Assembly: GCA_963761885.1 (NCBI GenBank) | Contig: CAVXIN010000003.1 | Location: forward strand, 489,508 to 553,507 | From: an uncultured Gemmatimonadales bacterium | Lineage (GTDB): Bacteria; Gemmatimonadota; Gemmatimonadetes; Gemmatimonadales; GWC2-71-9 | Reading direction: 5' to 3' | DNA: 64,000 nt | Shown: piece after piece, positions 1-10,727 of the stretch | Numbering within the stretch: position 1 is the stretch's first letter | How the letters are laid out: every line of letters begins with the position of its first letter | The notes under the pieces: generated by a model | Seen by the model: only the letters and a program-made list of their open reading frames with translations | Told to the model about the DNA's origin: nothing | The model's database searches: none | Made by a program: the position numbers and the translations under genes

Positions 1-860
1 CCGGTCCTCGAGGTCCAGGAGCGCGCGCTCGCGGCGGTGCTGGCCGCGGCACGGCTCGACCTGACGACGCTTCGCGCCGCCGACACCACAGCGGTGCGCC
101 GGCTGCCGGATGTGCAGGTCGCCATTCGGCTGGTCCGCCACGTCCTGGCGCGGGCGACGGCACCCAACATCGTCGGCGTGCTGGAGGGGCGGGATCCACG
201 TCTCCGCGACGGAGTTCGTGGCGGTGTCGGCCCACCTCGACCACATCGGGGTGCGCGCCGCCGGCACCGACAGCATCTTCAACGGCGCCGACGACAACGC
301 ATCGGGCGTCGCGGGGCTGCTCGAGATCGCCGAGGCGTTCAGCCGCTCCGACGCGCGGCCCGCGAGGTCCTTGTTGTTCCTCGTGCCCAGCGGTGAAGAG
401 AAAGGCCTCTGGGGCAGCAGGTACTACGTCGAGCACCCGACGGTGCCGCTCCGCGCGGTCGTGGCCGATCTCAACATGGATCTGATCGGACGCAACTGGA
501 CCGACTCGGTGATCGCCAGCGGCCAGGAGCTCTCCACCCTGGGCGAAACCGCTGGCCCGGACGGCCGCCGCGCATCCCGCGAACCGGATGGTCCCGCTGG
601 CGGATCGATGGCCCGAGGAACGAATCTTCTACCGGTCCGATCACTACAACTTTGCCGTGAAAGGCGTCCCCGTGCTCTTCTTTACCAGCGGTACGCATGG
701 CGACTACCACCAGCCCACCGACGCGGCCGACCGCATCGACACCGAGAAGGCCGCGCGGCTCGCGCGGCTGGTGTTCTATACCGCGGCCGCCGTGGGCGAG
801 GCCGCCGAGCGACCGCGGTGGCATCCCGGCCGCGCCGCACCGCCGGCGGAGGCGCCATGA
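1..860 (+). CDS. M28-family aminopeptidase; 5' end outside the window, frame broken twice as assembled
   Basis: ORF-track pieces 37..396, 110.. and 588..860 join into one M28 peptidase (APNIVGVLEGRDPRLR / EFVAVSAHLDHIG..NGADDNASGVAGLLEIAEAF..SGEEKGLWGSRYY / RMVPLADRWPEERIFYRSDHYNF..HGDYHQPTD). It is paralogous to the intact downstream copy. Frame switches near 211 and 550 are each explained by one extra G or C. Confidence 0.7.
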
Positions 861-2374
861 AGCTCCGACTCACTCCCGCCGTCGTCGCGGCATTCTGCGC
901 GGTGAGTCCGCTCCCGGCGCAGGCTCCCCACCCGGCCGGCCCCGCCGGTGACGCGGTGGAGACGATCACCGCCTCGGACGTGGCGCGGCGCGTGGGCGTG
1001 TTGGCCCACGACAGCATGCTCGGACGCGATACGCCGAGTCGAGGCCTCGAGATGGCGGCGCGCTACGTGGCCGATCAGTTCCGCGACGCGGGACTCAAGC
1101 CCGGCGGCGTGAACGGCACCTGGTTCCAGCGATACCCGATCACCCGCCGCCGGTTCGACCTGGCCGAGTCGCGGGTCGTGCTCCGAAGCGGCGGCGCCAC
1201 GGTCAATGCCGGGTTCGACCGCGATGCGCGGCACGTCTCCGGTGACGTCCCGCGCCAGCCGGCCGGCGGCGCGGTGGTGCTGGTCGGCGGTCCGGTCACA
1301 CCGGAGGACGTGGCGGGCATGAAGCTGGGTGGGAAGGTCGTGCTGTACGTCCACGACTACCGGAAGCCGATCCCCGGCAACGCGGCTCAGGTTGCCCGTG
1401 CGATCCGGCTGAGCGGACCGAAGGCGATCGTCGCGATCTCCAACATCGCACCGGCGGCGTTTGCCGCGCGGATTCCGCGGAGGCCGCCCGAGCGCTATGG
1501 GATGGACCTGCGGCTCAACTCACCGCCCTCGGTGGAGGTGGCCGAAGCCGTGGTCGCACCGATGCTGCGGAAGGCCGGGGTGGATCTCGAGGAGGTTCGA
1601 CACGGCACCGCGCCGGTTGCCCGCGACCTGCCGGGGCTCCATGTCTCGGTGGACCTCAAGGAGACGGTGACCGATTCGCTCAGCGCGCCCAACACGATCG
1701 GCATCGTGCCGGGAACCGACCCGGAGCTGCGCAAGGAATATCTGGTCTTCTCGGCGCACATGGACCACGTCGGCGTCACCCAGAGCCCGATCGACAGCAT
1801 CAACAACGGCGCGGACGACAACGCCTCCGGTACGGCCGGGGTGCTGGAGCTGGCCGAAGCCTTCCGACGCCGGCCCACCAAGCGATCGATCGTCTTTCTG
1901 ACCGTGAGTGGCGAGGAGAAGGGCCTGTGGGGCAGCCGCTACTTCAGCGAGCATCCCACCGTACCGCTGCCTTCGATCGTGGCGGACCTGAACCTCGACA
2001 TGCTGGGACGGAACTGGGCCGACACCATCGTGGCAATCGGGAAGGAGCACTCCGACCTCGGCGCCACGCTCGCGCGGGTGAATGCGGCGCATCCCGAGCT
2101 CCGGATGGCCGCGATCGACGATCGGTGGCCGGAGGAGCGATTCTACTTTCGCTCCGATCACTACAACTTCGCCCGAAAGGGCGTGCCGGTGCTCTTCTTC
2201 TTCAACGGGGTGCACGTCGATTACCACCAGCCCACCGACTCGCCCGAGAAGATCGACAGCGAGAAGGAGTCGCGCATCCTCAAGCTGCTCTACTACCTCG
2301 GCCAGGAGATCGGCAACGCGCCGGGCCGGCCGGCATGGGATCCGGAGAGCCGCCGCCTCATCGTCGAGGAATGA
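857..2374 (+). CDS. M28-family aminopeptidase with N-terminal signal peptide (intact paralog)
   Basis: The ATG at 857 overlaps the upstream TGA (ATGA). N-terminus is MKLRLTPAVVAAFCAVSPLPAQA. M28 motifs are present: FSAHMDHVG, NGADDNASGTAGVLELAEAF, SGEEKGLWGSRYF, FRSDHYNFARKGVPVLFFF, DYHQPTD. Confidence 0.85.
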   Translation: MKLRLTPAVVAAFCAVSPLPAQAPHPAGPAGDAVETITASDVARRVGVLAHDSMLGRDTPSRGLEMAARYVADQFRDAGLKPGGVNGTWFQRYPITRRRFDLAESRVVLRSGGATVNAGFDRDARHVSGDVPRQPAGGAVVLVGGPVTPEDVAGMKLGGKVVLYVHDYRKPIPGNAAQVARAIRLSGPKAIVAISNIAPAAFAARIPRRPPERYGMDLRLNSPPSVEVAEAVVAPMLRKAGVDLEEVRHGTAPVARDLPGLHVSVDLKETVTDSLSAPNTIGIVPGTDPELRKEYLVFSAHMDHVGVTQSPIDSINNGADDNASGTAGVLELAEAFRRRPTKRSIVFLTVSGEEKGLWGSRYFSEHPTVPLPSIVADLNLDMLGRNWADTIVAIGKEHSDLGATLARVNAAHPELRMAAIDDRWPEERFYFRSDHYNFARKGVPVLFFFNGVHVDYHQPTDSPEKIDSEKESRILKLLYYLGQEIGNAPGRPAWDPESRRLIVEE

Positions 2375-2381
2375 CCAAGGG

Positions 2382-3302
2382 TCACGCTTCGGTGGCCCGC
2401 ACGACGGAGGGCCGGCGGGTGTCGTCCGCGCTCCGCGTCAACAGCACGCCGCCGATGATGAGCGCGGCGCCGATCGCCTGGAGCGGCTGTGGCCGCTCGC
2501 CCAGGAACGCGGCGGCCGTGGCCACCGCCACCAGCGGCGTCAGGCACATGTAAATCACCGTGCGGCTCGGTCCCACCACCTTGACGCTCCGATTCCAGAT
2601 CAGATAGGCCACCAGCAGGGAGAAGACCGCCGCATAGCCGAGCGCGGACCATCCCTGCCATCCGACGGCGCTCCAATCCATGGCGAGCATTTCGGGCATG
2701 CCGGCCAGGATCAGGCCGGGCGTGCCGGCGACGGTGGTCACCATCGTCACCCGGAGGGGAGACACCTCCGGCGGCAGGCTCCGGAGACCGAGCGTGTACC
2801 CGGCCCAGCACACCACCGCCGCCAGGGTCAGCAGGTCACCGGCCATGGTCGCCTCATCGAAGCCGGCGCCTCGCGCCGCGACCACCAGCACCACGCCGGC
2901 CGTGGCCACCAGGACGCCGATCAGCACCTTGGGACGAAACGGCTCGTAGCGCAGCAGCACCGCGAGCACGGCCACGATCGAGGGCATCGCCGCCAGGATC
3001 AGCGAGCTGTTTGATGCGGTGGTCCGGGCGAGGCCCGAGATGAATGCCAGCTGATAGAGAGTATTCCCGACCACGCCCAGGACCACCAGCCGACTGAGCA
3101 CCCCTCGCGGCAGGGGGGCCGCGCCCTCCAGCCGCCGCACCAGGGGAACGATGAGCAGGCTCGCGAGCACGAATCGGACGCCGGTGAAGGCCAGCGGCGG
3201 GAAGCGCGGGAACGCGCCCTTGGTGACCGTGAAGTTGATGCCCCAGATGAAGGCAACGAGAACCATGCCGAGATCGGCGGCGGCGGGACGGCGGTCGGTC
3301 AC
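2382..3302 (-). CDS. EamA/DMT-family transporter
   Basis: C-terminal two-thirds of minus ORF 2382..4172; about 10 hydrophobic segments ([18 protein letters not shown]... [27 protein letters not shown]...). The start is GTG at 3302 or ATG at 3266. The upstream part of the ORF is antisense to lepA. Confidence 0.8.
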   Translation of the reverse strand: MTDRRPAAADLGMVLVAFIWGINFTVTKGAFPRFPPLAFTGVRFVLASLLIVPLVRRLEGAAPLPRGVLSRLVVLGVVGNTLYQLAFISGLARTTASNSSLILAAMPSIVAVLAVLLRYEPFRPKVLIGVLVATAGVVLVVAARGAGFDEATMAGDLLTLAAVVCWAGYTLGLRSLPPEVSPLRVTMVTTVAGTPGLILAGMPEMLAMDWSAVGWQGWSALGYAAVFSLLVAYLIWNRSVKVVGPSRTVIYMCLTPLVAVATAAAFLGERPQPLQAIGAALIIGGVLLTRSADDTRRPSVVRATEA

Positions 3303-3329
3303 GGGGGAAGAGTATACTATCTTTGCCCC

Positions 3330-5129
3330 ATGTCTCAGTCCGCCATTCGCAACTTCTGCATCGTGGCCCACATCGATCACGGCAAATCGACCCTCGCCGA
3401 CCGGCTCATCGAGGCCACGGGGGCGGTCGAGAAGCGCCAGATGCGGGACCAGCTGCTGGACACGATGGACCTGGAGCGCGAGCGCGGGATCACCATCAAG
3501 CTCAACGCGGTCCGGATGAGCTACACCGCCCGCGACGGGCGGGAGTACGAGCTCAATCTGATCGACACCCCGGGACACGTGGACTTCACCTACGAGGTCT
3601 CCCGCTCGCTCGCCGCGTGCGAGGGTGCGATCCTGGTGGTGGACGCGTCGCAAGGGGTGCAGGCGCAGACCCTCAGCAACCTCTTCCTGGCGATGGATGC
3701 GGGGCTCGAGATCATCCCGGTGTTGAACAAGATCGACCTGCCCGGCGCCGAGCCCGAGCAGCGGGCCAAGGAGATCATGGACCTGATCGGGTCCAAGCGG
3801 GAAGAGATCCTCGCCGTCTCCGCCAAGGAGGGCACCGGCGTGCCCGAGCTGCTCGAGGCGGTGGTGGCCCGGGTCCCGCCGCCCCGCGGCAGCGAAGACG
3901 CGCCGCTGCGGGCGCTCATCTTCGACTCGTATTACGATCGCTACCGCGGCGCCATTCCCAGCATTCGCGTGGTGGACGGGAGCGTGCGCGTGGGGATGGA
4001 AATCACCTTCGGCGCTCATTCCGACGACGTGTACCACGTGGACGAAGTCGGCTACCTGCAGCTGGGCCAGCACCCGGCCGACCAGCTCGAGGCCGGCGAG
4101 GTCGGCTACCTGGTCGCCAGCCTGCGCGACGTGCGCGACGCCCGAGTGGGCGACACCATCTTCGACGCCCACAACCGCGCCTCCGAGCTGTTGCCCGGCT
4201 ATCGCGACGTGAAGTCCATGGTGTTCGCCGGGCTGTACCCCACCGACTCCGACCAGTACGAGGGACTGCGTGACGCGCTCGAGAAGCTGCGCCTGAACGA
4301 CGCCAGCCTGCAGTACGAGCCGGAGTCATCCACGGCGCTCGGTTTCGGGTTCCGCTGCGGGTTCCTCGGACTGCTGCACATGGAGATCGTGCAGGAGCGG
4401 CTGGAGCGCGAGTTCAATCTCGACCTCATCAGCACCGTCCCCACGGTGGAGTACCACGTCTACCGCACCGACGGCGAGATGCTGCTGCTGGAGAACCCGA
4501 GCAACCTGCCGGATCCAGCCTCCATCGGGCGGATCGAGGAGCCCTACGTGAAGGCGCGCATCATGGCACCGACCGAGTACATCGGCGGCATCATGAAGCT
4601 GGGGCAGGAGCGGCGCGGCGTGTACAACGGCATGCACTACATCGACACCGCGCGGGTGGAGTTCCACTTCGACTTCCCGCTGGGCGAGATCGTGCTCGAC
4701 TTCTACGACAAGCTCAAGTCGCTGAGCCGCGGCTACGCCTCGCTCGACTACGAGATGGCCGGCTACCGGGCGTCGGAGCTGGTCAAGCTCGACATGCTCA
4801 TCAACGGCGATCCCATCGACGCCTTCAGCGTGATCATCCATCGCGACAAGGCCCAGGAATACGGCCGGAAGGTGGCGGAGAAGCTGAAGGAGCTGATCCC
4901 GCGCCAGCTCTACCAGGTGGCGATCCAGGCCGCCATCGGCAACAAGATCATCGCCCGCGAGACGATCTCGGCCTTCCGCAAGGATGTGCTCGCCAAGTGC
5001 TACGGCGGCGACATCACCCGCAAGCGCAAGCTCCTCGAAAAGCAGAAAGAGGGGAAGAAGCGCATGAAGCAGATCGGCGCGGTGGAGATTCCCCAGGAGG
5101 CCTTCCTGGCGGTGCTCCAGGTGGAATGA
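3330..5129 (+). CDS. lepA: Elongation factor 4 (LepA)
   Basis: Intact 599-aa ORF with [29 protein letters not shown] and NKIDLP GTPase motifs and a LepA-type C-terminal domain. Confidence 0.97.
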   Translation: MSQSAIRNFCIVAHIDHGKSTLADRLIEATGAVEKRQMRDQLLDTMDLERERGITIKLNAVRMSYTARDGREYELNLIDTPGHVDFTYEVSRSLAACEGAILVVDASQGVQAQTLSNLFLAMDAGLEIIPVLNKIDLPGAEPEQRAKEIMDLIGSKREEILAVSAKEGTGVPELLEAVVARVPPPRGSEDAPLRALIFDSYYDRYRGAIPSIRVVDGSVRVGMEITFGAHSDDVYHVDEVGYLQLGQHPADQLEAGEVGYLVASLRDVRDARVGDTIFDAHNRASELLPGYRDVKSMVFAGLYPTDSDQYEGLRDALEKLRLNDASLQYEPESSTALGFGFRCGFLGLLHMEIVQERLEREFNLDLISTVPTVEYHVYRTDGEMLLLENPSNLPDPASIGRIEEPYVKARIMAPTEYIGGIMKLGQERRGVYNGMHYIDTARVEFHFDFPLGEIVLDFYDKLKSLSRGYASLDYEMAGYRASELVKLDMLINGDPIDAFSVIIHRDKAQEYGRKVAEKLKELIPRQLYQVAIQAAIGNKIIARETISAFRKDVLAKCYGGDITRKRKLLEKQKEGKKRMKQIGAVEIPQEAFLAVLQVE

Positions 5130-6143
5130 GCGGCACGCTCGTCATCCAGACCGCGTTTCTGGGCGACGTGGTGCTCACCACGCCGCTGCTCGCGGCGCTG
5201 GCCGACAAGTTCGAGCCGGTGGACGTGGTGGTCACGCCGGGCGCCGCCCCGCTGCTCCACGGCCACCCGGCGGTCCGCCGGATCATCGCCTATGACAAAC
5301 GGGGACGGGACGCGGGGCCCGCGGGGGTCTGGCGCATGGGCCGCGCGCTCCGAGCGGTGCGCTACGAGCGGGCGTTTCTGCCCCACGCATCGTGGCGGTC
5401 GGCGTCGCTCGCGCTCCTGGCGCGAGTGCCGGAGCGCACGGGCTTCGCGGACAGTGCCGCCGCGATTACTTATACCACGCGAGTGACGCGGCCGCCGATG
5501 GGACACGAGGTCGAGCGCATCCTGGCCCTCGCCGGGCCGCCGGGTGCGGACCCCGCCGGTCTCGCTGGCACTGCGCCCGGAGGAGGAGGCCGCCGCCGAC
5601 CGCTGGCTGGCGGAACGGGGGCTCACCCCGGGGTTCACGGCCGTGGCGCCCGGCTCCATCTGGGGCACCAAGCGCTGGCCGTACTACCCCGCGCTGGCGG
5701 TGGCGCTCGACGGCCCGCTGGTCGTGATCGGGGGGGCGGACGATGCTCCCCTCGCCGATGCCGTCCTCGCGGCGGCGCCGGGCCGAGCCTGGAGCGCGGC
5801 CGGCGCCCTCGATCTCCGGGCGTCGGCGGCGCTGATCAAGCGGGCCCGAGTGCTGGTGACCAACGACTCGGCGCCGCTCCATCTGGGCACGGCGGTGGGC
5901 ACGCCGACGGTTGCCCTGTTCGGACCGACCGTGCCCGAACAGGGATTCGGCCCGCGGGGATCGCGGAGTCTGGCGCTGGGCCACCCTGGCCTGGCGTGCC
6001 GGCCCTGCAGCGCGCACGGGCCCCAAGTCTGTCCCCTGGGTCATCATCGCTGCATGCGAGAGCTACCGGTCGAGACCGTCGCCGAGGCGACGGTCATGGT
6101 CGCGGAAGCAAAGGAGCGGAGTGCGATTCGTCCTCGGCATTGA
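5126..6143 (+). CDS. Glycosyltransferase family 9 (heptosyltransferase-like), one frame break
   Basis: The ATG at 5126 overlaps the lepA stop (ATGA). The N-terminal part lies in ORF 4997..6382 ([22 protein letters not shown]) and the C-terminal part in ORF 5544..6143 ([35 protein letters not shown]). The frames switch at the CCCC run 5551-5554. Confidence 0.75.
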
Positions 6144-7083
6144 CGTCGGCGGAACCAACCTGGTGGTGGGGTGCGTGGCCGAGGACGGCAGCGCGCTGCA
6201 CGGGCTCGCGTCCGAGCCGACCCATGCCGAGGCGGGGGCCGTGGACGTCGTGGATCGCCTGGTGGCGCTCGCCAAGGAGTGCATCGCCCGGACCGCGCGG
6301 GAACTGCCGGGCGCCGAGGTGGTCGGTGTCGGGGTGGGAGCGCCCGGACCGCTCGACACCAAGAGCGGCGTGGTGCTGCTGACGCCGAACCTCGGCTGGG
6401 TCAACCTCCCGCTCCGGCAGATCATTCGGGACCGGATGGGGCTACCCGCGGAGCTCGACAACGACGCCAACTGCGCGGTGCTCGGCGAGTGGTGGGTCGG
6501 TGCCGCCCGAGGCAGCAGCAACGCGATCGGCATCACTATCGGGACCGGGATCGGTGGCGGGCTCATCCTCGAGGGCAAGCTGTACCACGGGGCCTCGGAC
6601 TGCGCCGGTGAGATCGGCCACACCACGATCGACACCGAAGGCCGCCGCTGCAAATGCGGCAACTACGGCTGCCTCGAGGCCTACGCGTCGGGACCCAATA
6701 TCGCCATGCGCGCGATCGAGGCGATCGAGGCCGGCGCCGAGACCCGCCTGCTGGATTACGTCGGGGGCGACATGAAGCGCATCACCGCCCAGACGGTCTA
6801 CGAAGCGGCGCACGACAACGACGAGCTCGCGCTCGAGGTGGTGAACGACACCGCCAAGTTCCTCGGCGCGGGCATCGCCAACCTGCTCAACGTCTTCAAC
6901 CCCGAGGTGGTGGTGATCTGCGGCGGCGTCACCCTCGCCGGCGACCACCTCTTCGTCCCGTTGCGCCGCGAGACGGCACGTCGCGCCTTCAAGGTGGCGG
7001 TCGCGGCCTGTCGCATCGTTCCGGGCGAGCTGGTGGGCACGGCGGGCGTGTACGGAGCCGCGAAGACCTTCCTGGATGCCTAA
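6121..7083 (+). CDS. ROK-family glucokinase
   Basis: GTG at 6121 is preceded by AAGGAG. Motifs: [25 protein letters not shown], and the ROK zinc motif GHTTIDTEGRRCKCGNYGCLEAYASG. Intact. Confidence 0.88.
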   Translation: MRFVLGIDVGGTNLVVGCVAEDGSALHGLASEPTHAEAGAVDVVDRLVALAKECIARTARELPGAEVVGVGVGAPGPLDTKSGVVLLTPNLGWVNLPLRQIIRDRMGLPAELDNDANCAVLGEWWVGAARGSSNAIGITIGTGIGGGLILEGKLYHGASDCAGEIGHTTIDTEGRRCKCGNYGCLEAYASGPNIAMRAIEAIEAGAETRLLDYVGGDMKRITAQTVYEAAHDNDELALEVVNDTAKFLGAGIANLLNVFNPEVVVICGGVTLAGDHLFVPLRRETARRAFKVAVAACRIVPGELVGTAGVYGAAKTFLDA

Positions 7084-8116
7084 GGTCGGCATCCTCGGTT
7101 CCCTCGTCTGGGACCAGATCTACGGTCGCGACCCGCGGGCAGCGCCGGTGGAGGAGTGGGGCGGCGTTGCCTACGCCCTGGCGAGCCTCGACGCGAGCGT
7201 GGCCCCCGGCTGGGAGATCGTGCCGCTCATCAAGGTGGGACAGGATCTGGCCGAGAAGGCGCGCGAATTTCTCGGTGGACTGGAGCGGCTCACGCCCGGC
7301 GGACGCTGCGTCGAGGTGCCGGCGCCCAACAACCGCGTCGTGCTCCACTATTACTCCACCGAGCGGCGCACCGAGCGGATGTCGGGCGGCGTGCCGGGAT
7401 GGACATGGGGCGAGCTGGGCCCCATGGTGCAGGATCTCGACGCGATCTATCTGAACTTCATCTCCGGCTTCGAGCTGGCGCTCGGCACCGCCCAGGCGCT
7501 CCGCCAGGGCTTCCGGGGCCCCATCTACGTGGACCTGCACAGCCTGCTGCTCGGCATGCAGCACGACGGCGTGCGGGTGCTTCGCCCCCTGCACGACGCG
7601 GCGGCATGGCTGGGCTGCTTCGACGTGGTGCAGCTGAACGAGGACGAGATGCGCCAGCTATCCCCCGACCCGCTGAGCCTCGCCGCCGACGCCATCGGGG
7701 CCGGCACGTCGCTCCTGATCGTCACCCTCGCGGCGAAAGGCGCGGCGTATGTGGCGGCGCCGGGGTTCGATGGGTGGGGTGGACGGGCGGACGGGCGGAC
7801 GGGCGGACGGGCGGACGGGTTCGGCGATAGCCAAGCTGGGTCGCATACGGAGATCTCTTCCGCCCGTCCGCCCTTCCGCCCGTCCGCCCTCCCGCCTCCG
7901 CTGCGCTCCGCCCTCATCCCCGCGCCGGTCGTCGACGCGCTCGATCCCACCGGCTGCGGCGACGTCTTCGGGGCGGCGGCGGCGGCGCGTCTCTTCGCCG
8001 GGGACGCGATCGAGCCCGCGATTCGCCACGCCAACGCCATGGCCGCGCGCAACGCCGCCTTCCGCGGCGCCGGCGGGCTCTCCCGACACCTTCGCGGTGA
8101 GCTGGTGATGCCGTGA
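7076..8116 (+). CDS. PfkB-family carbohydrate kinase carrying an in-frame repeat-element insertion
   Basis: 346-aa ORF with a PfkB C-terminal signature (DPTGCGDVFGAAAAARLFAG). About 40 extra residues ([13 protein letters not shown]...RPPFRPSALPPP) are encoded by the octamer element at 7781-7897. Confidence 0.8.
   Translation: MPKVGILGSLVWDQIYGRDPRAAPVEEWGGVAYALASLDASVAPGWEIVPLIKVGQDLAEKAREFLGGLERLTPGGRCVEVPAPNNRVVLHYYSTERRTERMSGGVPGWTWGELGPMVQDLDAIYLNFISGFELALGTAQALRQGFRGPIYVDLHSLLLGMQHDGVRVLRPLHDAAAWLGCFDVVQLNEDEMRQLSPDPLSLAADAIGAGTSLLIVTLAAKGAAYVAAPGFDGWGGRADGRTGGRADGFGDSQAGSHTEISSARPPFRPSALPPPLRSALIPAPVVDALDPTGCGDVFGAAAAARLFAGDAIEPAIRHANAMAARNAAFRGAGGLSRHLRGELVMP
7781..7897. repeat. Octamer-repeat / inverted-arm element, copy A (inside the pfkB-family CDS)
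   Basis: GGAC followed by 4 perfect GGGCGGAC units (7785-7816) and GGG. Then a 39-nt lower-GC spacer, then a C-rich imperfect complement CCGCCCGTCCGCCCTTCCGCCCGTCCGCCCTCCCGCC (7859-7897). Confidence 0.75.
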
Positions 8117-9012
8117 CCCGGGTGATCGAGGTCCCCGCGCATTTCGACGACCGCAGCTTCGACCAGTTCGCCACCGGGTTCGGCCGATGGCCGCCCGAGG
8201 AGAAGCTGCTGGTGGACGCACGGGCGGCGCAGTGGGCCTCGCCCTACGGGCTGATCGGCATCCTGACCGCCGGCCAGGCGATCGCGGAGATCAAGGGCGA
8301 GCGCCCGCTCTTCACCGTGCCCAACAGCGAGGACGTGAAGCGCTACTGGGCCCGGATCGGCTTCTTCCGCCACGCCGCGGAGCTGTTCGAGATCCACGGC
8401 CGGGTGCCCAAGGCCGCCACCGGACCGAGCGATGTCCTCCTGGACGTCACGCCCGTGCGCGCCATGGAAGACGTGCACCAGGTGGTCGAAAAGATCAGCG
8501 AGGCCGCGTCCCGCATCCTTCACGGCGAGCTCGGGCTGGAGCGCGGTGCGGTGGGGCGATTCAGTATGGCGCTTTCGGAATCGTGTCAGAATATTGTGGA
8601 GCACGCGGGCACCAGTGGCTGGGTGGCGGTCCAGGTGTATACCTTCCGGCGCCGGCTGGGACGCCGCGTCGCGGTGATCGCGGTGAGCGACGCGGGTGTG
8701 GGCTTTCGCCGATCGCTGGAGAGCACCCACGCCAAGCGGTTCGGCGAACGCTGGGGCGACGGCGCGGCCCTCGAGGCCGCGCTGATCCAGGGCGTGAGCC
8801 GATTCCGGGATCCCGGCCGCGGACAGGGACTGGCGGGCATCAAGCGGTTCCTGGACCGGTGGAAGGGCAAGATCTCGATTCGAAGCGGCACGGCGCGGCT
8901 TTCCATCGTGCCGGCGTGGGACGATGACCTTCCGTTGGCCGATCACCTACCGTTCTTCCCCGGAGCCCAGGTGCAGATCACGATCCCCGCGCAGGAGGCC
9001 GAGAGCAGATGA
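8113..9012 (+). CDS. GHKL/HATPase-like ATP-binding protein (RsbW-like kinase fold with N-terminal STAS-like region)
   Basis: GTG at 8113 overlaps the pfkB stop (GTGA). N-box-like SESCQNIVEHAG; G-boxes VSDAGVGF and GRGQGLAGIKR. No HisKA domain or transmembrane segment is visible. Confidence 0.6.
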   Translation: MTRVIEVPAHFDDRSFDQFATGFGRWPPEEKLLVDARAAQWASPYGLIGILTAGQAIAEIKGERPLFTVPNSEDVKRYWARIGFFRHAAELFEIHGRVPKAATGPSDVLLDVTPVRAMEDVHQVVEKISEAASRILHGELGLERGAVGRFSMALSESCQNIVEHAGTSGWVAVQVYTFRRRLGRRVAVIAVSDAGVGFRRSLESTHAKRFGERWGDGAALEAALIQGVSRFRDPGRGQGLAGIKRFLDRWKGKISIRSGTARLSIVPAWDDDLPLADHLPFFPGAQVQITIPAQEAESR

Positions 9013-9549
9013 TCGAGACGATCCAGGTCGGCCATCTTCTCCGGGAGACCGCGGCCACACCCTACCGCAACCTGGTCACCCGCCCCACCGGGGCGGCGGT
9101 GCGGAACCGGATCGAGGACACGCTGGCCCGCTCGGACTGTCTCACCGCCCTCCTGGACTTCTCCGAGATCGAGCTGCTCGACTTCAGCTGCGCCGAAGAG
9201 ATCGTGGCCAAGCTGCTGCTGGCCCAGGCCACCGGGCGGCCCCGCTTCCTGCTGCTGCGCGGACTGCGCGACGACCAGCACGACGCGATCGAGCACGTGC
9301 TGACCCACCACCGCCTCGCCGATCGCGGCCCTGGGGCCCGATGCCGAGCCGGTGCTGGTCGGCTGGGTGACGCCCGATGCGCGGGCGGCGTTCGGCTGCG
9401 TCTGCCGGCTGGGTCGCGCCTGCGCGGGCGACGTCGCCGTTGCCCTGGGCTGGCCGGAGCCGCGCGCCAGTGATGCGCTCGACGTGCTGACCCTGCACCG
9501 GCTGGTCCGTCCCGAAGGCGATCTGCGGTACCCGCTGCTGGTCGCATGA
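9009..9549 (+). CDS. STAS-like (DUF4325-type) protein, one frame break
   Basis: ATGA overlap with the upstream gene. The N-terminal part (ORF 9009.., ...LLDFSEIELLDFSCAEEIVAKLLL...) resembles STAS-like DUF4325. The C-terminal part lies in ORF 9352..9549. The frames switch near 9319 (extra C). Confidence 0.5.
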
Positions 9550-10707
9550 GCCCCCGCCGCTTCGGCCTGTCGACGATGGCGATCCACGGCGTCCCACGCC
9601 GCCGGCCCGACTGGACCCCGGTCGCACCCCCCCTGATCCAGAGCAGCACCTTCACCAATCCCGGTCGGCTCCGAGGAGGACGTCCTCTACACCCGCTACG
9701 GCAACACCCCGACCCAGGTCGCGCTCGCCAGGAAGTACGCGCTGCTGGAAGGCGCCGAGGCCGCGATCTTCCTCGCCAGCGGCATGGGCGCCACCGCGCT
9801 GGCCCACCTCGCCGTGCTGCGTCCGGGCGATCATCTCGTCAGCAGCAGCTGGATCTACGGCGGGACCCGCCGGCTCTTCGACGAGGAGCTCGCCCGTCTG
9901 GGGATGAGGTGACGTACGTCGGACCCGGCCCAGCCGCGGCTCTGGCGCAAGTCGGTCCGGAAGACCACCCGCGCCATCTTCGTGGAGACCCCGACCAACC
10001 CGCTGATGCGGGTGCTCGATCTGGTGCCGCTGGCCCAGGTGGCGAAGGAGTTCGGCCTCGCCCTGCTGGTGGACGCGACCTTCGCCAGCCCGATCAACTT
10101 CCGGCCGCTGGAGCACGGGGCGGACGTGGTCATCACCAGCGCGACCAAGTATCTCAACGGCCACAGCGACGTCGTCGCCGGCGCGGTGGCGGGCTCCGCC
10201 TCGTTGGTCGAGGAGGTGAACCGGCTGCTCCGCGTCTGGGGGCAGGCCATCGATCCCCACACCGCGTGGCTGGTCGACCGCGGACTCCGGACCCTGGCGG
10301 TGCGCATGGAGCGGCACAACGCCAACGGCCTCGCCGTGGCCCGGTGGGCGGAGAAGCATCCCAGCATCGTGCGGGTGCACTATCCCGGGCTGCCGTCCCA
10401 CCCCGACCACGCGCCACGCCCGCACCGTGCTCGCCGGGTTCGGCGGCATGGTGGGTCTCGAGATCAAGGGCGGGGTCCGTGCCGCCGAGCGGATGCTCAA
10501 GCGGCTCAAGCTGGTCACCCACGCGCCCAGCCTCGCCGGGGTGGAGAGCCTGGTCTCCGAGCCGCGGCTCACCTCGCACGCGACCTCGGGGCCGAGGGCC
10601 GCGCGGCCGTCGGCATTCCCGACGGCTTCCTGCGGCTGAGCTGCGGCCTCGAGGACGGCGAGGACATCATCGAGGATCTGCGCCAGGCGCTCGGCAAGGA
10701 CGCCTGA
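9546..10707 (+). CDS. Cys/Met-metabolism PLP enzyme (cystathionine gamma-synthase / beta-lyase family), at least 4 frame breaks
   Basis: The pieces read MAIHG..PPLIQSSTFTNP / VGSEEDVLYTRYGNTPT..LASGMGA / ETPTNPLMRVLDL..SATKYLNGHSDVVAG (PLP-lysine motif) / FGGMVGLEIKGG..THAPSLAGVESL / GIPDGFLRLSCGLED. Breaks lie near 9663, 9900, 9921, 10400 and 10590. Confidence 0.75.
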
Positions 10708-10727
10708 GCCCGTTTAACTTTCCGCCC

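Noticed and set aside
7781-7819. Tandem GGGCGGAC repeats considered as a possible CRISPR array or coding tandem repeat.
   Set aside because: The period is 8 nt, there are no spacers and no cas genes are present. The structure is an inverted-arm element present in two copies, not a CRISPR array.
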